64,000 bases of DNA. Origin: a bacterium (lineage in GTDB: Bacteria > Patescibacteriota > Dojkabacteria > SC72). Positions within the stretch are counted from its first letter, which is position 1. Each line of letters starts with the position of its first letter. The position numbers and the translations under genes were made by a program. This document shows positions 49,783-59,716 of this stretch, piece by piece. The notes under the pieces were generated by a model, which did no database searches, was not told where the DNA came from, and saw only the letters and a program-made list of their open reading frames with translations. Location of the stretch: positions 11,538 to 75,537 of the forward strand of contig JALHDC010000003.1 of NCBI GenBank assembly GCA_022840695.1. Reading direction: 5' to 3'.

Positions 49783-50913
49783 TTATTTAATAGCTTTTTG
49801 GATTTCTTCCACAGCCTTTGCTCCAATACCCTTAATTCCTAACAAATCCTCTTCAGTCATTCCCTTCAAATCCTTCACTGTAGATATTTTAGAATCCTTA
49901 AGAGATTTTACAGTCCTGGAAGTAAGACCTAGATCCTCTATACTAATAGATCCTTCCTTCTCTTCTTCTGCTGCCTTTATCTCGGCATCTATATCCTTCT
50001 CCTTCTTTACAACTCTTACTACGGACCCAACACTCTCTGCTTTTATCTTTCCTTCTCTCAAAGCCTTCATTCTTTCCCTCTCCTGCTCTTCCATCTTTTC
50101 CCTTCTCTCCTTCTCTTCCTTGTACTCTCTTGCTATCCTTTCTAACTTTGCTTGATGATCTCTTCTCAAAGATATCAAAGAAAGAGATTTTTTAGATTTA
50201 CCAACAACTTCACCAAAAAGATTTACAAACAATGAAATACTCTTTATGGAGTCATCATTTGCAGGAATTGGATAATCTATAATATCTGGATTACAATTCG
50301 TATCTATCAAAGCAATGATTGGAATCCCAACCTTTCTTGCTTCCTTTATTGCATTCTTTTCAACCTGACTATCAACAACAATAACAGCTTCTGGTACTTT
50401 ATCCATAAATTTAATACCTTGATATATTCTATTTAACCTCTCCACATCTCTCTCTATTAACAATCTCTCCTTTTTAACCAAATTTTCTAATCCCCCTGCT
50501 AAATCCTCTTCCATTTTTATCAAACCCTGTACACTTTTCTTAATACCATCATAATTTGTAAATAATCCACCCATCCATCTTTTATTGATATAAAACATAC
50601 CGTTTTCTTCTGCAACCTTCTGCACAATAGAAGCTGCCTGACCCTTAGTCCCAACTATTAAAATATTTCCTCTTTCCGCAAATTTGCTTAATTCTAACAA
50701 TGTACTTTCAAGTATCTCCCTTGTCTTAACAAGATCTATGATATGAATACCATTTCTCTCTTCATATATATACTTCTTCATACGGGGGTTCCATGCACTC
50801 TTCTTATGCCCAAAATGACACCCTGCTTTAAGTAAATCTAGAAGTTCAGGCACCTGAAAACTCTTGTTTTTAGTCTCAGCTTTCTTAGAGACTGTTTCTT
50901 TGACTTCTGTCAT
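49783..50913 (-). CDS. rpsB: 30S ribosomal protein S2 with about 120-aa C-terminal extension (charged linker plus helix-hairpin-helix domain)
   Basis: S2 core LLKAGCHFGHKKSAWNPRMKKYIY..IIDL. Tail EDLGLTSRTVKSLKDSKISTVKDLKGMTEEDLLGIKGIGAKAVEEIQKAI is HhH-like. Confidence 0.93.
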   Translation of the reverse strand: MTEVKETVSKKAETKNKSFQVPELLDLLKAGCHFGHKKSAWNPRMKKYIYEERNGIHIIDLVKTREILESTLLELSKFAERGNILIVGTKGQAASIVQKVAEENGMFYINKRWMGGLFTNYDGIKKSVQGLIKMEEDLAGGLENLVKKERLLIERDVERLNRIYQGIKFMDKVPEAVIVVDSQVEKNAIKEARKVGIPIIALIDTNCNPDIIDYPIPANDDSIKSISLFVNLFGEVVGKSKKSLSLISLRRDHQAKLERIAREYKEEKERREKMEEQERERMKALREGKIKAESVGSVVRVVKKEKDIDAEIKAAEEEKEGSISIEDLGLTSRTVKSLKDSKISTVKDLKGMTEEDLLGIKGIGAKAVEEIQKAIK

Positions 50914-50999
50914 AATATTTTTCCTTTCCTTTTATTAATATCTTTGTTGGACTATGTCCAGGATTGGAACAAAGATATATGAGATTAATTATCTGATGG

Positions 51000-51028
51000 A
51001 TTATACAAGTTCAACTTACCTTTGACAA
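51000..51028 (-). promoter_or_regulatory. candidate promoter of rpsB-tsf operon (TTGTCA-N17-TATAAT)
   Basis: On the minus strand: TTGTCA AAGGTAAGTTGAACTTG TATAAT, about 80 nt upstream of the rpsB start. Contains the recurring AGTTGAAC motif. Confidence 0.4.
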
Positions 51029-51139
51029 GAGCAAAAACCTTAATAATACATACACTATACTCAATTATTTCATCTTTTTTAATATACTATGGGAGAAGAA
51101 TTCATTAAATATTAATCTTTTAAAAAAGGTTTATCATAT

Positions 51140-51775
51140 TTATACCTCAACCCTTCTCCATTCATCCTTCCCTATCACAATATGATCCAACAAATTCAGA
51201 CCTACCAAATCCAATCCTTCCTGTATCCTCCTTGTTAAAACAATATCCTCCTGACTTGGCGAGCAGTCCCCAGAAGGATGATTATGGGCAATAACCACAC
51301 TACTAGCATTAACCTCTAATGCTGGAATTATTATATCCCTTGGCAAAATAGTAACCCCATCCAAACTCCCTATACATATAACTCGCCTATCCAACACTTC
51401 AAATCTTGAATTAAGAAACAAAGCTATTACATACTCCTGCTTCTTTTTCCCAACATCCCTCAAAGCAGCATATGCTTCTTGCGAATTTCTTATATATACC
51501 CTTTCCTTGCTACTCAAATCATACAACCTCCTCCCCAATTCAATACCACACAAAATCCTCATCGCAGTAACTATCCCAACACCATCAACTTTAATAATAT
51601 CAGCTATTTCTAATTCCTTTCCCTCTCTCAACAATCTGCGAATCTTACTTAGAACACCCCTAGCAACACTCAAAAAATCTCTTCCCTTAATTCCACTCCC
51701 CACAAGGATAGCTATTAAATCAATATCACTAAGATTATCAATCCCTTTTTCTAAATATTTCTCTCTTGGTAACAT
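51140..51775 (-). CDS. radC: RadC-family JAB/MPN domain protein
   Basis: HNHPSGDCSPSQED JAMM motif. N-terminal HhH region. Confidence 0.88.
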   Translation of the reverse strand: MLPREKYLEKGIDNLSDIDLIAILVGSGIKGRDFLSVARGVLSKIRRLLREGKELEIADIIKVDGVGIVTAMRILCGIELGRRLYDLSSKERVYIRNSQEAYAALRDVGKKKQEYVIALFLNSRFEVLDRRVICIGSLDGVTILPRDIIIPALEVNASSVVIAHNHPSGDCSPSQEDIVLTRRIQEGLDLVGLNLLDHIVIGKDEWRRVEV

Positions 51776-51810
51776 AATAACTATCGTATCAGACAGTTAT
51801 TAAAAAAAGA

Positions 51811-53946
51811 TTAACTCTCCTCCTTCTCACCTTTCTTCGCTTTCTTGCTCTTAACTTTCTTAATATATTTACAATTAGGATAATTACTACATCCTGTAAA
51901 TGTCCTTCCCCATTTCCCCCTTCTCTCAACTAAATGATGACCACACTCTGGACACTTTTCATTCAAAAGTAGCGATACTATACCCTTACATTCAGGATAC
52001 TTCTCGCAAGCCCAAAACTTGCCATACTTTCCATTCTTCAATACCATATTACTCTTACACTCTGGACACTCTTTAGGTTTGTAATACTTTTCCATATCCA
52101 ACTCCTCCTCTCCACCACTTAAATCCTTCATTCCCTTACACTCTGGAAATTTTACACAACTCAAAAACTTCCCATACCTACCAACTCTAACCACCATTTC
52201 ACCCCCACACTCTGGACATTTCTCCTCAGATTTTCCAAGTATTACTACATCTTCTTTATGTACATTTTTATCTGCAATACCAATACTCTCCATCAAAGGT
52301 TTATATTCATCATCTATGACCGGAACATACTTCTTCTTCCCCAAAGCTATTTGGTCCAATTCATCCTCAACCTTTGCAGTATACTTATAATCAACTAACC
52401 TTTTAAAATTATCTCTCAAGAAATTCGTTACAACCCTACCAATATCCGTAGGGAATATTGCTCTTGCTTCCATTCCTACATATCCTCTTGCCTGTATAGT
52501 TGAAATGATTGAGGAATATGTAGAAGGCCTACCAATCCCCAATGCTTCAAGCTTTTTAATCAAAGATGCCTCAGTATATCTTGCTGGAGGTTGTGTAAAT
52601 TTCTGCTCATTTATAAACTCTACCTTCTCTAACTCATCTCCTTTTTTAATTTTTTCTATCTCCTGTAATTCATCTTCTTCCTTTTTACTACCCAAGACCT
52701 TTCGAAAACCATCAAAAAGTATCCTTTCCCCACCCATCGTAAAGATATATTCTGGATTTTTTGGCTCCTTAGGTGAAAGTAGCACAGACAAAACCTCAAC
52801 CTCTTTGCTACTCATTTGACTAGATACGGCTCTTTTCCATATTAATTCATACAATTTTGCTGCTGGTTTACCATGCTCTTTTTCAATCTGAGCAAAATCA
52901 ATATTAAAATCGGTTGGCCTTATAGCCTCATGTGCTTCTTGAGCATTCTTAGATCTATTTTTGTAATAGTTAGGCTTCTCAGGGACATATTTCTCACCAT
53001 ATCTATTATTTACTAAGTTTCTAATTTCATCTACTGCTTTATTACTTAAGAAAACAGAATCTGTTCTCATATATGTAATATGACCTGATTGATATAGGGT
53101 CTGGGCCATTCCCATCGTTCTCTTAGATGTATATCCCAGTATATTGTTTGCTGCTTGCTGTAATGTAGAAGTTGTAAATGGAGGATATGCATGCTTACTT
53201 ACATTTCTCTTGGTAACATCCTTAACTAAGAATTTGCTATTACCTATCTTCTTTTCAAATTCTTCTACCTCGTCTTTGCTTACAGGAACATACTTTTTTC
53301 CATCTTTCTTGGCTAATTTGGCTATCAATACACTCTCAGTACTATCCCTTAATTTTACAGATACCTCCCAATACTCTTCTGATTTGAAAGCTTCCCTCTC
53401 CTCTTCTTTTTCTACAACCAACCTTAATGCAACAGATTGAACTCTTCCTGCAGAAAGACCATACCATATCTTTTTCCATATTAATTCAGAAAGTTTATAT
53501 CCCACCAGCCTATCTAAAACTCTTCTAGCCTTCTGTGCTTCTACCAAATCAATATTTACCTCTCCTGGATTTTTAACTGCCTCTTCTACTGCACTTTTTG
53601 TAATTTCGTGAAATGTAACTCTCTTAGGATTCTTCATCCCTGTAACATTTGCAACATGGTATGCAATAGCTTCTCCCTCCCTATCAGGGTCCATTGCAAG
53701 ATATACATTTCCCCCCTTGGGAATGGCTCTTTTTATCTCTTTTATAACTTTCGCTTTACCATATATGGTCTCTAATTGAGGTTCATAATTGTTATCTATA
53801 TCGACACCTAATTTACTCTTAGGAAGATCTATTACATGCCCAACTGTAGCGACAACTTTAAAATCAGTACCTAGATACTTATTTATAGTTTTAGCTTTGG
53901 AAGGAGACTCCACTATCAACAAATTTTTATATTTCTTATCAGCCAT
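51811..53946 (-). CDS. topA: DNA topoisomerase I with C-terminal C4 zinc ribbons
   Basis: Toprim N-terminus (LLIVESPSKAKTI). Catalytic region. Four CxxC..CxxC zinc-ribbon repeats at the C-terminus. Confidence 0.95.
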   Translation of the reverse strand: MADKKYKNLLIVESPSKAKTINKYLGTDFKVVATVGHVIDLPKSKLGVDIDNNYEPQLETIYGKAKVIKEIKRAIPKGGNVYLAMDPDREGEAIAYHVANVTGMKNPKRVTFHEITKSAVEEAVKNPGEVNIDLVEAQKARRVLDRLVGYKLSELIWKKIWYGLSAGRVQSVALRLVVEKEEEREAFKSEEYWEVSVKLRDSTESVLIAKLAKKDGKKYVPVSKDEVEEFEKKIGNSKFLVKDVTKRNVSKHAYPPFTTSTLQQAANNILGYTSKRTMGMAQTLYQSGHITYMRTDSVFLSNKAVDEIRNLVNNRYGEKYVPEKPNYYKNRSKNAQEAHEAIRPTDFNIDFAQIEKEHGKPAAKLYELIWKRAVSSQMSSKEVEVLSVLLSPKEPKNPEYIFTMGGERILFDGFRKVLGSKKEEDELQEIEKIKKGDELEKVEFINEQKFTQPPARYTEASLIKKLEALGIGRPSTYSSIISTIQARGYVGMEARAIFPTDIGRVVTNFLRDNFKRLVDYKYTAKVEDELDQIALGKKKYVPVIDDEYKPLMESIGIADKNVHKEDVVILGKSEEKCPECGGEMVVRVGRYGKFLSCVKFPECKGMKDLSGGEEELDMEKYYKPKECPECKSNMVLKNGKYGKFWACEKYPECKGIVSLLLNEKCPECGHHLVERRGKWGRTFTGCSNYPNCKYIKKVKSKKAKKGEKEES

Positions 53947-54009
53947 AGGTTTAAAATACCTTAATTATCTTACACTTGTCAATTTGTTCATTTTCCTTAT
54001 ACATCCAAT

Positions 54010-54675
54010 TTAGACTTTTAACAATACTTGATCATTTTCAATTCCACATACCTCTTTGAAATCAGCCAAACATGTAATTATCCCTGCCCCCATACTAGCA
54101 AGCAAGTTACAACCATGTGACATATTATTGTTGATATTACCAGGAATAATATACAAATCCCTGTTAAATTCTACAGCAAAATTCGCAGTTATTAACGAAC
54201 CACTTCCAATACCTGCTTCGACAACAATCACTGAATCAGAGATTCCAGCAAGTAGTCGATTTCTCAAAACAAACATCTCTTTTCCTAAAACCGTACCTTC
54301 AGGATACTCTGCTAGAATTAATCCTTTTTGTTTTAATTGATTAAATATTTCAAGATTACATTTGGGTATAGCCGAATTGATAGATCCAGGAACAATGGCT
54401 ATGGTACTAATACCTCTTTGCAAACATGTTTGATGCACATATGCATCAACTCCTCTTGCTAATCCACTTACAATTGCAATATCCAATTCTACCAAGAATT
54501 TTCCTAATAGATGATCTATGCACCATTTCCCATACTCTGTAATATTCCTAGTTCCTACAAAGGTTATACATCTTTTTTTAAGCAATGATGTATCTCCTTC
54601 ATAGAAAAGATGCTTTGGAAACCTATTCAATCCATCAAAAATTATCGGAAATGTAATAATCGAGGAATCTTTCAT
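54010..54675 (-). CDS. dprA: DNA processing protein DprA/Smf (Rossmann-fold core only)
   Basis: VSGLARGVDAYVHQ..RNRLLAGISD DprA signatures. Downstream of topA as in many bacteria. Confidence 0.85.
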   Translation of the reverse strand: MKDSSIITFPIIFDGLNRFPKHLFYEGDTSLLKKRCITFVGTRNITEYGKWCIDHLLGKFLVELDIAIVSGLARGVDAYVHQTCLQRGISTIAIVPGSINSAIPKCNLEIFNQLKQKGLILAEYPEGTVLGKEMFVLRNRLLAGISDSVIVVEAGIGSGSLITANFAVEFNRDLYIIPGNINNNMSHGCNLLASMGAGIITCLADFKEVCGIENDQVLLKV

Positions 54676-54693
54676 TCTCCATTATTACAAACA

Positions 54694-54712
54694 ATTATGA
54701 ACTTTAGATTAA
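54694..54712. repeat. 19-mer ATTATGAACTTTAGATTAA (copy 3, 17/19 identical), overlapping the stop codon of the PBP2 gene
   Basis: Compare 6208-6226 and 28192-28210. Confidence 0.4.
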
Positions 54713-56722
54713 ATCATTCTGAATTATCCATTCAATCATCTCTTTTGTTGTCCTGACTGCATTTATACTTTCTCCTCCATCTTCCAAGAAAATAGTGACT
54801 GCATATTTAGGATTTTCAAATGGGAAAAATGATGTAGTCCAAGCATGAGTATTCTCATACACACCATCTTTATTCAATGCTCCAAACTCCGCTGTACCTG
54901 TTTTAGCAGCTACTTTCACTTGCATCCCTGCAAGAGTCTTAATTGTTGCTCTGGAACCATTTACAGCTGACCACATACCCTCCCTTACAGTCTTTAGAGT
55001 CTCTTTTGAAGCTACATTGGTATATAGGGGATTGAATTCTAATGTTTCTCTTTCTTTTTTCTCATCAAGGAAATAATCTCCTACATGAGGTGTGTAAAGT
55101 GTACCTCCATTTGCTATTGCAGAGGTCCAATTTACCATTTGCAAAGGAGTAACTAAGGTTATTCCCTGACCAATTACTGAGTTGCAAGCATCTCCTTCTG
55201 GATACCAAACAGGATCTAACCATGGACTAGTAGTATTTGCCAATGCTATCTTGTTTGCAGGAGAAGGAACCCTACCTAATGCTTCTCCAGGAATATCTAT
55301 TCCTGTATATTGCCCAATCCCAAATTTTTCTAAATATGGAACTAATTCATTCATGTCCCAATTTCTAATAAGTTCACAGAAATATATATTCGAGGATACT
55401 GATATTGCATCTATCAAATTCAAAGCTCCGTATGCAGAATTCCTATAATCCTGGAATGGAGCTCCACTAGAAAATGTATACCCTCTTCTACTTACATAGA
55501 TTGTATTTTTTGTTATTACACCAGCTTCCAATCCTCCAACTGCCACCAATGTTTTAAATGTAGAACCTGGAGGCATCTGAGCAGCTATAGCCCTATTCAA
55601 TAATGGATTTCCCGGATTAGTTAATAAAGAAGAGTATTCTACTGAAGAGATTCCTCCAATAAAAAGATTGTTATCATAGCTTGGGAAAGAAACTATTGCT
55701 AAAATTTCACCACTATTTGGATCCTGAACTATCCCTGCTCCACCAACTGCCTCATACTCCCTTACAGCTTTCTCCATTATCTGGTACAAACTTTTTTGCA
55801 TTTCCAAATCTATAGTTAGATATAGATTCTTTCCGGATATTGGCTCTTTTATGATATAACCATCCTTCGAAATCGTTCGACCAATAGCATCTACTTCCCA
55901 AGCAATTTCTCCTGATTCACCTAATAGCTTCTCATCATATTCTCTTTCTAATCCCGTTCTACCAATAACATCAGTTGCTTGAACATAATCTAATCTATCA
56001 ATATCTTCTGCAGAGACAGTTCCTGTATATCCTAATATATGAGAAAGTATTTCTCTTTCTGGATACACCCTTTTATTCCCGTTATCAATGTATACACCAG
56101 GCAATTCCTCTGCTCTGGCCTTAATTTTAATTGCAGTATCATTATCTATATCTGTGGCAATCAATATTTCCGTAAAATATGGACTTTCTTTATGCACAAA
56201 GTAGATTTTTTCTGATATTGAGTTGTACTTTTGAATACCATACTCGTCCTCCTTCTCCCAATTATCTCCCAATATACCCCCCAGGGCATTACTGGAATTC
56301 TCGATAAGTTCTGTATCTATAAATCCATCTTTATCTAAATAATGCTCTAGTGCCAAATATACATTCATAGAGGACTCATTTGCTACCAATTTTTTACCAT
56401 TTCTATCAAATATAACCCCTCTATAAGCTGGGACTCTTCTAATCTTTATTTGATTCTGTTCCGATTTAACCAACATTTCATCCCCATGAACAATCTGCAA
56501 AGACGAAAGTTCTACTATCAACACCGAAAACAGAAGTAGAAAGAGCAAAAAGAGCAATATATAATTCCATCTTAGATCATGCTTTTCTAAAGAAGGCTCT
56601 AGAAGAGATTTTTTAATGTTTTTTGTCATATACCCTACATCAAAAAGCCTTTGTCCATCAAAGGAAGAAGCCCTTTTTCTTCCCTTTCCCTCGTTTAATT
56701 TTTTTGAAATCTTTAAATTCAT
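54704..56722 (-). CDS. mrdA: penicillin-binding protein 2 (class B transpeptidase)
   Basis: SxxK (PPGSTFKTL). SxN (SVSSNIYF). KTG (KTGTAEFG). N-terminal TM and dimerisation domain. Last gene of mreBCD-pbp2 cluster. Confidence 0.9.
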   Translation of the reverse strand: MNLKISKKLNEGKGRKRASSFDGQRLFDVGYMTKNIKKSLLEPSLEKHDLRWNYILLFLLFLLLFSVLIVELSSLQIVHGDEMLVKSEQNQIKIRRVPAYRGVIFDRNGKKLVANESSMNVYLALEHYLDKDGFIDTELIENSSNALGGILGDNWEKEDEYGIQKYNSISEKIYFVHKESPYFTEILIATDIDNDTAIKIKARAEELPGVYIDNGNKRVYPEREILSHILGYTGTVSAEDIDRLDYVQATDVIGRTGLEREYDEKLLGESGEIAWEVDAIGRTISKDGYIIKEPISGKNLYLTIDLEMQKSLYQIMEKAVREYEAVGGAGIVQDPNSGEILAIVSFPSYDNNLFIGGISSVEYSSLLTNPGNPLLNRAIAAQMPPGSTFKTLVAVGGLEAGVITKNTIYVSRRGYTFSSGAPFQDYRNSAYGALNLIDAISVSSNIYFCELIRNWDMNELVPYLEKFGIGQYTGIDIPGEALGRVPSPANKIALANTTSPWLDPVWYPEGDACNSVIGQGITLVTPLQMVNWTSAIANGGTLYTPHVGDYFLDEKKERETLEFNPLYTNVASKETLKTVREGMWSAVNGSRATIKTLAGMQVKVAAKTGTAEFGALNKDGVYENTHAWTTSFFPFENPKYAVTIFLEDGGESINAVRTTKEMIEWIIQNDLI

Positions 56723-56725
56723 TCT

Positions 56726-57226
56726 TTATTTTAACCTAATCTTAGAACTATCTCCCCTCTTTCTAAAACTAGCGAATATATATTCCAGAAGAACTAATAG
56801 AAAAGTACTAAGTACTCCCTTTAAGAAAGAAAATGCCACATCCTTAAAGGAAAGAATCCCAAATCTCCCATCTACGAAAAATTCAGGACAGATTTTTAAC
56901 AGAATATAGTAGATTGACAATATAAACACTCGAATCGAAAATCCAGTTATATCAGAATCGGTAGAAAAGAAGAATGAACCTAATACTAAAAGACCTAAAG
57001 TTACTCCTCCCATCAACAAATTACTTCCCATTGGGAGATTTCCTACGACATCTGATATAGAGAACAGGATTATAAAGATAACAAGAAGAACTTTCCAATC
57101 AACCTTTTTGAAAAGAAAAAATAAGAGGATAATTGTTAATTGGAAGCTAAACATACCTACAAAAAAGTTTTCTATAAAAACGAAAAGAAACATCCCAACT
57201 ATTATTGCCAATATATTTAAAAACAT
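56726..57226 (-). CDS. mreD: rod shape-determining protein MreD-like small membrane protein
   Basis: 166 aa, 4-5 TM helices, positioned between mreC and pbp2. Confidence 0.5.
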   Translation of the reverse strand: MFLNILAIIVGMFLFVFIENFFVGMFSFQLTIILLFFLFKKVDWKVLLVIFIILFSISDVVGNLPMGSNLLMGGVTLGLLVLGSFFFSTDSDITGFSIRVFILSIYYILLKICPEFFVDGRFGILSFKDVAFSFLKGVLSTFLLVLLEYIFASFRKRGDSSKIRLK

Positions 57227-57243
57227 TCCTATACAATTACAAA

Positions 57244-58074
57244 TTAATGATCGGTTCTTACAAAAACAGTAATTAATTTATCATAATCCACTATAGTAGA
57301 AACATAGCCGCTTCTTGATGTTGCTGCCGGATTTTCTGAGAGACCAACCAAGTAACCTAAAACTAAATATTCCCCTACTTTAGTATCATTAACAATTACA
57401 ACATCTCCATTTTTCAAATCGGCCTCCATCGACATATTCTCAATTCGGATACCATCCAAGGAACCTTTTACGACACCTTTAGACAAAGCATTAAAATTAT
57501 CCAAAATTCTGACCTCTTCAATCCCTCCCTTCACTATTACAACCTCTAAATTGCTACTATTACTGCTTGGAAGCCTTACTAGAGAGCCTTCTCTGTCAAC
57601 TCTAGTAACTATACCAACAAACATGTTACCCCAAACTACAACATCTCCAACTGCAATCCCTGAACTTTCTCCCTTATTTATTCTAATAATTTCATAATCA
57701 CCACCACTTAAAACCTTGGCCATTACATAAGCACTATTTGAACCTCCTAATGATATTTGTCTTTTTAGAGATTCATTCTCTTCCTTTAGAAGTATGAAAA
57801 ATGAATTTTCCACCTCTTTTTGGTATATATCTATACTTAATTCATTATATTCCTTTCTAAATTCATTAAGCCTCACAAAAGTTTCCAGATATTCTTTTCC
57901 CTCTCCCCCTATCCTATTACCCTCATATGCAACAGGTTGCATTACAAAAGAAATTCCGGATCTTACAAAATTCAAAATTCCAAGAGTATCCGAGAGAAAA
58001 AAAACAATTCCAATAAATATACAAAAAAGAGGAAAAAAATATTCTTTTGACAGTTGTTTATTATTAGATTTCAT
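57244..58074 (-). CDS. mreC: rod shape-determining protein MreC
   Basis: N-terminal TM. Coiled-coil region. Beta-domain with GDVVVWGN / LVGLSEN..VVIV pattern. Follows mreB. Confidence 0.8.
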   Translation of the reverse strand: MKSNNKQLSKEYFFPLFCIFIGIVFFLSDTLGILNFVRSGISFVMQPVAYEGNRIGGEGKEYLETFVRLNEFRKEYNELSIDIYQKEVENSFFILLKEENESLKRQISLGGSNSAYVMAKVLSGGDYEIIRINKGESSGIAVGDVVVWGNMFVGIVTRVDREGSLVRLPSSNSSNLEVVIVKGGIEEVRILDNFNALSKGVVKGSLDGIRIENMSMEADLKNGDVVIVNDTKVGEYLVLGYLVGLSENPAATSRSGYVSTIVDYDKLITVFVRTDH

Positions 58075-58089
58075 AATACATAATAAAGG

Positions 58090-59145
58090 TTAAACCAACT
58101 CTTCCCAAGATTTTTGCACTCTCTCAAGTAGATCGATATGGTCTAACATCAGAGCAGTACCCCTCGCAACAGTGGAAAGAGGATCTTCTACAATATTTAT
58201 GGGGATATTCAATTCCTTAGCCCAGAAAGCGTCCAAACCCCTAATTAATGCTCCACCTCCAGTTAAGCTAACTCCCGTTGTCAATAAATCCTTTAAAAGC
58301 TCTGGGGGCGTTTCCTCTATTGCATCCTTAACAGATTCTGTAATTATCGATATGGAGTTCATTATCGCCTCCCTAACCTCTATACTACTTAAATCTATAC
58401 TCTTTGGAAGACCCGTTAAAAGATCTCTCCCTTGCACATTCATTTTTTTCTCCTTCTTCATAGGCATTGCAGAACCCATAGATATTTTAATATCTTCCGC
58501 CGTTCTCTCCCCTATCAAAATATTGTATTTGCTACGAATATAATTAATTATATCTTCATCCATTTCATCACCAGCTATCTTCATTGTCTTATCTACAACA
58601 ATATCCCCGAGTGAGAAAATGGCTATATCTGTCGTACCTCCACCAACATCGATAATCATACTACCGGATGCATCCTCGATTGGTAGACCCGCCCCTATGG
58701 CTGCAGCCATAGCTTCCTCAACAATGAAAACTTCCCTAGCACCAGCTGTTTTTGCAGCATCAATGACTGCCTGTCTTTCCACCTCTGTGACAGAAGAAGG
58801 AATACCCACTATTACTCTAGGTCTAGGGATCTTAATTCCTTTTCCGAAATAATTATGTGCTTTATGGATAAAATGATGAATCATTGCCTGGGTAGTATCG
58901 AAATCAGATATCACTCCGTCTTTTAAAGGCCTAATGGCAACAATATTTGCAGGAGTTCTTCCAATCATCTGCCTTGCCTCTTTACCAACAGCAAGAATAG
59001 TTTTAGTTCTCTTTTCGATAGCGACAACGGAAGGCTCCGAAACAACAATACCATGATTTCGCATATATACCATAGTATTTGCAGTTCCAAGGTCTATCCC
59101 TAGATCATATGTGACTAATCCCCAAAGAGAATCAAAAAATTTCAT
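58090..59145 (-). CDS. mreB: actin-like rod shape-determining protein MreB
   Basis: DLGIDLGTANTMVY phosphate-1 motif. DVGGGTTDIAIFS. Typical length of 351 aa. Confidence 0.95.
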   Translation of the reverse strand: MKFFDSLWGLVTYDLGIDLGTANTMVYMRNHGIVVSEPSVVAIEKRTKTILAVGKEARQMIGRTPANIVAIRPLKDGVISDFDTTQAMIHHFIHKAHNYFGKGIKIPRPRVIVGIPSSVTEVERQAVIDAAKTAGAREVFIVEEAMAAAIGAGLPIEDASGSMIIDVGGGTTDIAIFSLGDIVVDKTMKIAGDEMDEDIINYIRSKYNILIGERTAEDIKISMGSAMPMKKEKKMNVQGRDLLTGLPKSIDLSSIEVREAIMNSISIITESVKDAIEETPPELLKDLLTTGVSLTGGGALIRGLDAFWAKELNIPINIVEDPLSTVARGTALMLDHIDLLERVQKSWEELV

Positions 59146-59190
59146 AATTAAAGAGATTCTATCATTTAGGAAAGATAATGACGAGAGGTA

Positions 59191-59415
59191 CTACTCTGCT
59201 AAAAGTGTCGCTTCCTTCTTAAGCTTTTTATAGCACTTCATACAAGCAGATACCTTTGTTAATCTACCATCAACTTCCACCTCTATATTTCTTAGATTTG
59301 GTTTAAACTGCCTCTTGGATTTAGGAGCCTTATATCTCCATCCTACTGAGTGCTTATGTTGTATTCTGTTTCCAGCTACTGTGGCTTTACCACAAATTTC
59401 GCATAATTTTGACAT
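59191..59415 (-). CDS. rpmB: 50S ribosomal protein L28
   Basis: MSKLCEICGKATVAGNRIQHKHS..KPNL L28 signature. 74 aa. Confidence 0.88.
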   Translation of the reverse strand: MSKLCEICGKATVAGNRIQHKHSVGWRYKAPKSKRQFKPNLRNIEVEVDGRLTKVSACMKCYKKLKKEATLLAE

Positions 59416-59424
59416 GATGGAGGT

Positions 59425-59453
59425 ATTATATCACCTCATCCCCCGAGGTTCAA
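59425..59453 (-). promoter_or_regulatory. sigma-70-like promoter for rpmB: TTGAAC-N17-TATAAT; transcript apparently leaderless or near-leaderless
   Basis: On the minus strand: TTGAAC CTCGGGGGATGAGGTGA TATAAT ACCTCCATC ATG. Only 9 nt between the -10 and the start codon. No SD. Confidence 0.5.
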
Positions 59454-59521
59454 CTTAGGTCATACATATCGAAAAGCCTTATACAATAACCATACAGAAG
59501 GCTCTACCAAAGTCAACTCTT

Positions 59522-59716
59522 TATACAAGAAAATAATCTTGTTACAACAACACTCTTGTGTACAGAATAAAGGTCTGACCTAGGTCTTACCTTCGTGCGT
59601 TTAAATTGCCAGAAGGTCATACAAGAAAATAATCTTGTTACAACAACACTCTTGTGTACAGAATAAAGGTCTGACCTAGGTCTTACCTTCGTGCGTTTAA
59701 ATTGCCAGAAGGTCAA
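59522..59716. repeat. tandem duplication, 2 x 96 bp (59525-59620 and 59621-59716), each unit carrying a REP-like palindrome
   Basis: The ORF track translation of 59513-59716 shows an exactly repeated 32-aa peptide, so this is perfect DNA duplication. Lies immediately 3' of the RT gene. Confidence 0.8.
59572..59591. repeat. REP-like 20-bp palindromic element, half-swapped form GGTCTGACC-TA-GGTCTTACC
   Basis: Second copy at 59668-59687 within the tandem duplication. Confidence 0.55.

Noticed and set aside
49059-49826. longer 255-aa form of EF-Ts starting at 49826
   Set aside because: It overlaps the 3' end of rpsB by 44 nt. The canonical EF-Ts N-terminus (MGITVEDIKTLR..) begins at the internal Met at 49766.
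59513-59716. 67-aa minus-strand ORF with an internally duplicated peptide
   Set aside because: Artefact of the perfect 2 x 96-bp tandem DNA duplication containing REP-like palindromes. No coding support.
59522-59716. possible CRISPR array
   Set aside because: Only two contiguous identical 96-bp units with no unique spacers. No cas genes nearby.
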